The translations under genes and the position numbers were made by a program. A DNA stretch of 63,622 bases, the filler included, from Hyphochytrium catenoides (lineage: Eukaryota > Protista > Hyphochytriomycota): assembly GCA_900088475.1 (NCBI GenBank). It is 7 parts of 7 records of this genome, joined end to end, with 100 filler letters (N's around TTAATTAATTAA, not from the genome) between each part and the next. Parts side by side here need not be neighbours in the genome. Positions count along the whole stretch, not along the records: positions 49,178 to 52,060 come from FLMG01000087.1; positions 52,161 to 60,011 come from FLMG01002138.1; positions 60,112 to 62,275 come from FLMG01000297.1; positions 62,376 to 63,622 come from FLMG01003387.1; 3 more parts are not named here. One strand, given 5' to 3'. Below are positions 49,464-63,622 of the stretch, one piece after another. The notes beneath the pieces were generated by a model that worked only from the letters and a program-made list of their open reading frames with translations, did not search any database and was not told the origin of the DNA. Every line of letters starts with the position of its first letter. Within the stretch, counting starts at the first letter, position 1.

Positions 49464-50593
49464 CTGGCAGTGACAATATACTCAGTTCTGGGCGTGACGA
49501 GAGTGTGGGTGACTGCGTCTCTGTGCATGTAACTCTTCTCATACATCTCCGCGCTAGGCAGCTGATCCAAGTAAACAGCAGCAAACTCGAGTGCTGGTGT
49601 GAAGCCGAAGAGAGAGAGAGAGAGTGGGCCCGCATGAGAGAGAGAGAGAGAGAGAGTGAAAGTAAGAGAGAGAGAAGTAGAGGAGAGAGGGAGTGAGAGA
49701 GAACACAAGAAAGTGTGTGAGAGAGAGAAAGGTAGAAACGGGAAGGAAGTGAGGAGGTTGAGAAGGGAGAAGTGAGCGAGGGATGTGTACAAATATATGG
49801 AAACAAGCGAGGGTGAGGCGAAGAGCAAGGCGTAAGAGAAATGAATTTGGTGACAAAGAGCAGGTAGATATAGAGGTCATTTGACAGACAGACAGTAAAG
49901 GCAACGCAGACAACAGGGAGAGTCATAGAAACAGAAATGAGAGAGAGAGAGAGAGAAGGAGAGAGGAGATATGCAGGAAGAGAAAGAGATCAGGGATGGA
50001 AGAGTGAGAGAAAGTTGGCGGAGAGAGATCCTGGCGGTGTCAGGTGCGGACAGCAGGATGACAAGGGAAGAAGTCAAAGACTGCAGAGTGAAAGAAGAGT
50101 TCTCAGAGAGGTAGACAGACCTGGCCAGTGGCTTTATGGGAGAGAGAAGGGAAAAAGAAGAGAGAAAGAAGGATGAGAGGAAAAAGAGAGTGGAAGGGAG
50201 AAGCACACCCACAGAACGAGAGAGAGAAAATAGAGAGAGAGAGAGAGAGAGAGACAGATAGATGAGAAAGTGGTACCACGAGAGTAGAAGACAATCGCTT
50301 GTGTGGCTCTTACCTTTGCGCTTCTTCTTCTTGGCGGGCATGGGCATGGGCATGGGCGCTGCCTCGTCATCGGTCGCGTTCTCTTCTCCTCCTCCGCCCT
50401 CATAGCGGTCAGGAGTCTTCTCCGGGTCTTCCTCTGAAAGCAACAGCAAACATTAGCTTCCATCCTCTCTCTCTGTCTCTCTCTCTCTCTCTGTTCCTCT
50501 CTCTTATATAAGAGTGCGCTCAAGATTTTCTTGACTTTCATCTTACTCTCTCTCTCTCCACTTACCTCTGTCTCTCTTGCTGTTCTTCTCCAT
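49464..50593 (-). CDS. PPWD1: Peptidylprolyl isomerase domain and WD-repeat protein 1, first three exons only (contig ends)
   Basis: Exons 50593-50566, 50433-50314 and 49593-49464 give ..[43 protein letters not shown], the conserved PPWD1/CYP71 N-terminal signature. Confidence 0.9.
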
Positions 50594-51374
50594 TTGACTC
50601 CTTCTTCAGCCCCCGACTTCTCTCTCAGAAGAACTAGCCTGCGACGGCTATGTATGCGGGTACGGATGAGCAGAGTAGCGGAGAGAGAGAGAGAGAGAGA
50701 GCCAAGGTCCAAACAAGAGATGCCTCCAGTCTGCCACCGGGTCCTAGATGCCGGTACACGAGCAGAAAAATGAAAGGCCAAGTGGTGATGTGAGCATGAG
50801 GAGACCCAGAAGAAAGAAGTAGACGATGGAGCTCAGAGGCAATGATGCCACTAGGCGGCAAGCAGCAGACGAAGGAAAGAGAGAGAGAGAGAAAGACGGG
50901 AAGGAGAGAGAGAGAGAGAGAGAGAGGAGAGCGAGCAAGCGAGTGAGAGAGAGAGAGAGAGAAGCCAAAAGAGAATGGCTTCGACACCTCTCAAAAGACG
51001 GAGAAAATCCAATCCAAGGGCAGCCGGCATCAAACACAGATACACCCTTCCCTTCAATCATTCCAATACAGGAATACCGCCTCCCATAAATTACTTATTT
51101 AGGGATAAGAATGTTTCATATTCAGCATATAACGTTCATGGGGAAAGTAGTTCTGATCCTATTACAGGAGAGAGACAGAGAGAGGAGAGGAGAGACACAA
51201 AATGCTAGGACAATTGAAAGCAGAGAGAAAGACAGAGATTCAAATAGACAGACAGATCGAAGAATGGAGCAAAAAGAATATGGGCGAGGGAAAGAGAGAG
51301 AGAGAGACAGAGAGAAAAAGAGCGAAAAAGAGAGACAGAGAGACAGAGAGAGACAGACAGAGAGAGAGAGAGAC

Positions 51375-51407
<33 letters not shown>

Positions 51408-51689
51408 AAGAAAGGTCATTGTAGATTACAGCTCAAGGTTGACGGGAAGAGTGAGGAAGAAGCCAAAGGATCATTCTCTTCCCGTAAGACCACGAGACGA
51501 AGGAAAGAGAGAGAAAGGACGTCTTGGTCTGGAAAGACAAAAGAGAGAGAGAAAGAGAGAAAGGAGGAGGCGCAAGAGAGTTGAGAAGGAAGGATATACT
51601 GGGAAAAGCGCGCCAGGGAGAAAGAAACAGAGTCGCTGGGTTCATAATCTTCCCTGGAAGCTCTATGAGCATCTTCTCTCCCTTCAAGG

Positions 51690-51821
51690 ATGCATCGCAG
51701 CCGACTCCTGCTGAGACCGTCTCTCTCTTTGAAGACACGCCGCAGCCCTCTCTCGACCGCCACCCCAGTGTGGAAGCGGCGTACAACCGCCCGGTAAGCT
51801 CTCGGCTCTCTCTCTCTCTCG

Positions 51822-51853
<32 letters not shown>

Positions 51854-52060
51854 TTCTTCTTTCTCACTTCTTTGGCTCCCTGACCTTTCTTTCTCTCTCT
51901 CTCCTCACAGGCCCATAGTTTCCTATGGGACTAGCTGTACTCTGGCTTTCTTCCTCTCTGCCAGTTTGCTCGAAGGCGATCCCAGGTCCCTCGCACAATG
52001 CATTGGCTGGGGAGGAGGAGAGAAGAAAGAGCCCGAGAGAGAGGAAGAAAAGTTCGTGAA
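51690..52060 (+). CDS. N-terminal fragment of a probable mitochondrial protein, 3' partial
   Basis: ATG 51690 with a GT-AG intron (~51794-51910) gives MHRSRLLLRPSLSLKTRRSPLSTATPVWKRRTTARPIVSYGTSCTLAFFLSASLL..AQC: an Arg/Ser/Leu-rich, acid-free leader then a hydrophobic stretch, open to the contig end. Confidence 0.5.
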
Positions 52061-52219
52061 NNNNNNNNNNNNNNNNNNNNNNNNNNNNNNNNNNNNNNNN
52101 NNNNTTAATTAATTAANNNNNNNNNNNNNNNNNNNNNNNNNNNNNNNNNNNNNNNNNNNNGCGAGAGAGGGAAGACTGGAAATGATAGGATAGAGAATTA
52201 CGGCAAAAGAGAGGCAAAA

Positions 52220-52258
<39 letters not shown>

Positions 52259-52347
52259 TGACAGAGACCAAGAGAGAAAGCGAGGGGTACAAGAGAGAAG
52301 GAGAGGGGAACAAGAGAGAGAGAGAGAGAACCATCACGTAATCTTAC

Positions 52348-52459
52348 CGCTGCCTTTCGATGGACCTCTCTATGTCTCGGACCATGTCCGCTCCGGGAAG
52401 AGTAAAGAAGTNNNNNNNNNNNNNNNNNNNNNNNNNNNNNNNNNNNNNNNNNNNNNNNN

Positions 52460-52493
<34 letters not shown>

Positions 52494-52797
52494 GAGAGGC
52501 AGAGAGAAGGGAAGTAAAGTAAAGAGAGAGAGAACGATAGATAGTCTGCGTACAAGAGACAACGAGAGACAAGGACAGAGAGAGAGAGAACGAAAGAGAG
52601 CGAGAGAGAGAAAGAGTGGGAGGGGAGAGACAAAGATAAAAACAGGGAAAGACTACCTAGAGCAGAGGAGACACAAGAAAGCGGTGAACCAATGAGAGGC
52701 AGAGAGAAATGTGAGAGAAGTAGGAAAAAGAGAGAGGCAAAGCGAGAGAAGGAGCTTTTCCCCACCTGAGCGGGGTCTGCTCATTGCTCTCCGCCAT
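52348..52797 (-). CDS. Possible 5' exons of an unidentified gene
   Basis: ACC ATG GCG start (MAESNEQTPL) with a following GT donor, and a second island FFTLPGADMVRDIERSIERQ|gtaaga within microsatellite DNA. Confidence 0.3.
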
Positions 52798-53166
52798 GGT
52801 TCCAGACCGAAGAGACAGCCTCCAGATCTCGTAGGGAGGACAGAGAGAGAGAGAGAAACAAAGAGAGAGACAGAGAAAAAACAAACTGAGAGAAATATTG
52901 GGCTGAGAACCAAAGAATTTTCTGGCAGGGAACTGAAGGATCGTGCTCTGCGTCCGGGACCTGATACCGGAAGGAGAAAACTCCAGAGTAGCTAGATACG
53001 GGAGAGAGAGAGAGAGACAGGAACAGAGAGAGGAAGAGAGAGAGAGAGAGAAGGAGAGTATCAAGGAAGCAAGAACTCTATAGGTAGGAAAACGTCTGGG
53101 GCCTGATGATGTGACACAGCGAGAAGCCGAGAAGTGAACGATGAGACGGTGTCAGATAGAGGATGT

Positions 53167-53231
<65 letters not shown>

Positions 53232-53474
53232 CCCCAGAAGATGATGAACAGTCAGATCTTTGCAGTCATCCGAAGCCAAGATCTACATTTATTTATAATC
53301 AAGACATCTTTATTCATAACGTTTCATTTGAATGGAACTATATTCTAAACATGAAGGCGGGATGTTGAAGGTGTGGCTTCTGAAGCTTTCAGCTCTTCCC
53401 TGCTGTCTCTTTCTTCTTCTCAGTGTGGGAGAGACACCAGGAAAGAGGAGCAGAAAACCCATGCGGAAGAGAGG

Positions 53475-53534
<60 letters not shown>

Positions 53535-53931
53535 GTCCCGCTATCTCAAGGAGGACTAGGAGGAAGGCGATCGATATGAAGAAGAGAAAGCAATAGATTG
53601 AAAGTGCCTGGAGAGCAAGAGAAAGGAGAGGCACGGAGGACTTTGTCTCCTGCTTCTCTCACTTCTTTTTCCTATTAGAAAAGACCTTAGCTAACCCTCT
53701 CTCTGTTCGATCTTTAACCTTTAAGCGCATCTCTCTCTCTCTCTCTCTCTCTCTCTTTTCATGTCGCTCCTCTAGGTAAGTAGCCTTTGAACTTGCAGGG
53801 CGAAAGAAAGAGAGAAACAGTTCCTTAGCTCTTAGAGTTTCCTTCTCTTTCTCTCTCCCTCTCTTTCTTTCTCTCTTTCTCTCTCTCTTCTCTCCTGCCG
53901 CTCCACCCTCTGTCTGCTATAGGGTCAGAAG

Positions 53932-59948
<6,017 letters not shown>

Positions 59949-60868
59949 CTGGAGAGAGGAGGGAAGAGAGAGAGAGAGACTGTCCAGATTCTGCTGGGTC
60001 GCAAAAAGAACNNNNNNNNNNNNNNNNNNNNNNNNNNNNNNNNNNNNNNNNNNNNTTAATTAATTAANNNNNNNNNNNNNNNNNNNNNNNNNNNNNNNNN
60101 NNNNNNNNNNNTCCTTCTCTCTCTCTCTCTCTCTCTTTCCCTTTCTCTCTCTTTTTCTCTCTCTCTGTGTGTCTGCGCGTGTGTCTCTCTCTTTTTCTCT
60201 CTCTCTTTCTCCCTTCTCCCACTTTTCTTCTCCTCTTTCTCTCTCTCTCTCTATTACTCTTCCTTTCTCCCCTCCCACGTCCTTTCTTCTCTGTCCGTCC
60301 TCCCCCTCCTTCTCTCTCCTCCTCTCTCTTCTCTCTCTCCTCCTCCCCTATTTCTCACTCTTTTCCTCTCTCTGTGTGTGTGTGTGTCTCAATCTCGTTC
60401 TCCTTCTTTCTCTCTTCTCTCCTCCCTTTCTTTCTCTCTCTCTCTCCAAATCTCCCTTTTCCTGTCATTCTCCCTCTCTCCCTCTCTCTCTCTTTTTCTC
60501 TAATTCCCACTCTCTCACTCTCACTCTCCTTGTGTGCGTGTGTGTCTCTCTCTCTTTCTCCCTTTTCTCTCTCTTCTCTTTTCCCCATTGCGTTTTCTCT
60601 CTCTCATTCTCCATTGCCCTCTCCCTCTCTTTCGTTCTCTCCCTCTCAATCAATCTCCCTGTCTCCCTCTGTCTTTCTTTTCCTTTCTTTTTTCCTCTCT
60701 CCCTCTCCCGCTCCTCTCACTCCCTCTTTCTCTCTTTTCCTCTCATTCTCTTCTCTTTCTCCCTCTCTCCCTCCCTCTTTCTCTCTCTCTTCCATTCCCC
60801 CGCTTCTCCTCTCTCCCTTCTCACGCCTCCCCCTCCTCTCTTTGCTAGCGCTGCTCTTCACCTCGATT

Positions 60869-60905
<37 letters not shown>

Positions 60906-62375
60906 TCCCTCCCTCCCAGTAGCCTCATCGGTCAGAAGTTAGCCTCTTTTTCTTTCCTTCTTCCCTGCACATTGACGCCGATTCTCTCTTCTCTTCTCTC
61001 CTCTTTCCTGTTCTTAATCGCTAATGCCAGCAGCAGGGTCCAACCACGCCCTCGGTTAGGAGAGAGTTTTACACCGCGGATGGCCCCAGAAAGTCCTCGT
61101 TCTAGGTGTAAGAAGTCTCCCGACGGGAGAGGAAATGTGGTCCTGCTGCCCTCCTCTGATCCAGCAGCTCTGTCTAACTCCTCTGACTGTAAGGCCAAGG
61201 ACTGACCACTGCAGATGAAGCTCCTCCTAACAGCGATGCCAGTCTTAGTAGTAACAGTTGCCAAGTGCAGGCGAGGCCGTGGTAGGTGTAGGGGCCAGCC
61301 TAGCAGTACGGCCACTGCCGCAGCAGGAGGAGGGAATAGTTTATTATCTGTAAGCTGACAGGACTGGAGAGGGACAAAGGAAGAGTAATAGTCAGCAGAT
61401 GACAGGAGTATCTTCCCACCCGTTCTATAGAAGATCAGGGCCATGCTTTGTCTCTGGATTGCAATGAGCTAACATAAGAAAGCAGGTCAAATATTGCATT
61501 ACAGAGATCATTGGATTTTCTCTTGAGCTCTAGAGATGCTGTACCTACCAGTAGGTCTAAGAACGGACACTGGGGACTAATCGCCCAAAGGCTGCGCTGA
61601 GCGAAAGGGCTAACTCCAGGGGAAGTTAAGCCGCAATTTGAAGCTGTGCTCAATGTGTGCCGACCCGTTGGTTAGCCAGTGTGTGGAGAAAAAGTAAGAG
61701 AGAGAGAGAAAGAAGGAAAGAGGGTTAAAGAGAAGGAAAGACGTAGCGGCAGAGAAAGAGGAGAGAGCCTAAAGAGAAGGAAAGAGAGAAGAAAAGAGAG
61801 AAAGTAAGTAGGATGGATAAAATAAAAGAGAGAGTGAGAGTACGAAGTCTCATTGGGTCTCGCTCTGTCGTTCAGACAAAGCACGGAGAGTGGCGAAACA
61901 CAAGGCAAAATATCTGTGTAAAACTGGGTCCTTCGGGCGTGGTTGGAGGATGATGGGAATAACCTCACTCGCTCTTCAAGCTAACTTCTTGCTCGGTCAG
62001 CCTCAGCCCACATACCGCCTGCCCAGAAGCCCGGCAGGGACAGCGTCCGGCACCAAAGGAAAGACGGGCACACACCTAGCGAATTAGACCTGTGCTGAAG
62101 TGCTCCCAGAACAGTCAACCACCCGCCCGCCGCCCATCGCTGCCGTTTGATCCAGTGTCGGAGGTAGAGAGTACGTGCTATGTCTTTAGTTAGGTAGAAA
62201 AGTGATAGCGCCTGCAGTTGGGGTGTGGGGAGGAGTATGTACTGCTCTTCTATCGGTTAGTTCTATGATGAGCTANNNNNNNNNNNNNNNNNNNNNNNNN
62301 NNNNNNNNNNNNNNNNNNNTTAATTAATTAANNNNNNNNNNNNNNNNNNNNNNNNNNNNNNNNNNNNNNNNNNNN

Positions 62376-62911
62376 AGAGTGATCCCAGCAGTGGGTGACC
62401 TGCAAGAGCTTATGTCCGCCAAAGTAGACAAGAGAGAAGCCATTGATAGAGATCTGTTTGTTCTTTATCAGCGGCAGCATCTCTCTCAACAGCGTGTTTC
62501 CCATCGATGCGTTGCTCAGGACGGGCTGGATCAGGCTCTCTGGATAGGCAAAGGTCCCTTGTAAGGTCCACGTGACTCTGCAGTGCTGAGCGTCTGGGAC
62601 CTGTGGCTCTACTTCGAACTTGGTGATGGTGAGGTCAGGGATGACCTCTCCGTTCTTGCTCCAGAACTCTCTCACGCTCTCCATCCCGCGTATCTCTCTC
62701 CCGGAGAAGCCTTGGATGAGGACAAACTCTTCATTCCAGATGTCATCTCCATTCTCTAAGAGTTCTTCCACGCCTCCACAGTTGATCGAGTTGACAAAGT
62801 TCTCCAGCGTGTTTAGCCGTTTACGACGGATCTCCTGAAAGTGAAGCATAAATATAGACATATAGACAGATATAGTACAGAGACAGAGAGAGAGAGAGGG
62901 ATAGAAAAAAA

Positions 62912-62943
<32 letters not shown>

Positions 62944-63622
62944 TGAGGAGGATGATGGCACGGCAATTAGATCTCTTTTGCCGGAGGATTGTGTCTCTAG
63001 AGAAGAAGTGCGGCCAACTTGCGACGATGAAGTCGGAGAAGAAAGACGCTGGGAAGGAAAGTGGAATAGGGAAGTCTGGGAGATAGGGGAAGAGAGAGAG
63101 AGAGAAGCGTAGAGGAAAAGTAGAGCTCTCTCTCTTGTTTGGAGTTTCTCCTCCTTAGGCCCAGCAAAGAATTCTTGCTACCTCTATGCCGGGATTCTGC
63201 ATGGCTCCTCTTCCTCCCTTTCCTGCCGCTCCCGGTCGAGCGCCTCCTCCTCCACTGACCAGCAGCTGCTGCATCTCTTTTGCGACATCGATGCCTTTCT
63301 CTGCCAGTATCTGGCGCAACGTCGCGATCTCTGCATGCAGATCATCGACCTCGTTCTCTAGCTCTTCTAATCTTAACTGTTTTCTCTTCCTGCAGCGGCG
63401 TACAGCTTCCCGATTCCTGAGCTTCTTCTGCTCTGCCTCCCATGCTTTTCTCTCTTGTTCTTTCGCTGTCTGCGCAACGGCGACCGTGTCCTCTTTCCCT
63501 AGCTCTGCCGCTAATTGTGAGGCACAATCGAGTCCTCCGCCAGCAGCTGCGTCTTCTCTTTGAGAGAGAGACGACGAAGCCGGAGCAGGAGGTCGCACAG
63601 CCGCGATTCTCCAAGGCTCTGC
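62376..63622 (-). CDS. bZIP transcription factor with a C-terminal SnoaL/NTF2-like domain, partial at both ends
   Basis: Basic region RNREAVRRCRKRK (N-x7-R) and Leu heptads LEELENEVDDLHAEIATL. Downstream exon from 62834: GREIRGMESVREFW..IPDL..VTWTLQGTF..KQISINGFSLVYF.GHKLLQVTHCWD. Confidence 0.85.

Noticed and set aside
61630-62275. Continuation of the bZIP-SnoaL gene past the spacer
   Set aside because: Different contig and no convincing in-frame exon.

Overview
Intron-rich eukaryotic nuclear DNA, probably from a protist. A stramenopile/SAR affinity is my inference from gene families, not shown. The window is not one locus: six artificial 100-bp spacers (N44-TTAATTAATTAA-N44) join seven contigs (1-26459, 26560-37223, 37324-49077, 49178-52060, 52161-60011, 60112-62275, 62376-63622). 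Most ORF-track entries are (GA)n/(CT)n microsatellite artefacts. Genes rebuilt by hand from splice sites and motifs: KUP/HAK K+ transporter, CaiB/BaiF CoA-transferase, a divergent DNA polymerase X homologue, TAF1, a Cys-rich repeat protein, an oligopeptidase B homologue, an internally duplicated membrane protein, an RBR E3 ligase, PPWD1 (partial), M17 leucine aminopeptidase (partial) and a bZIP fused to a SnoaL/NTF2-like domain (partial). Top candidates for new biology: (1) a spliced, open-frame PolX that has lost polymerase and lyase catalytic residues; (2) a bZIP-SnoaL fusion, a possible ligand-sensing transcription factor; (3) a signal-peptide-bearing oligopeptidase B lacking the catalytic Ser and His; (4) an RBR ligase whose IBR domain is split by a hydrophobic hairpin; (5) an unrecognised ~80-aa Cys-rich repeat domain. 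All homology calls come from remembered motifs, not database searches.
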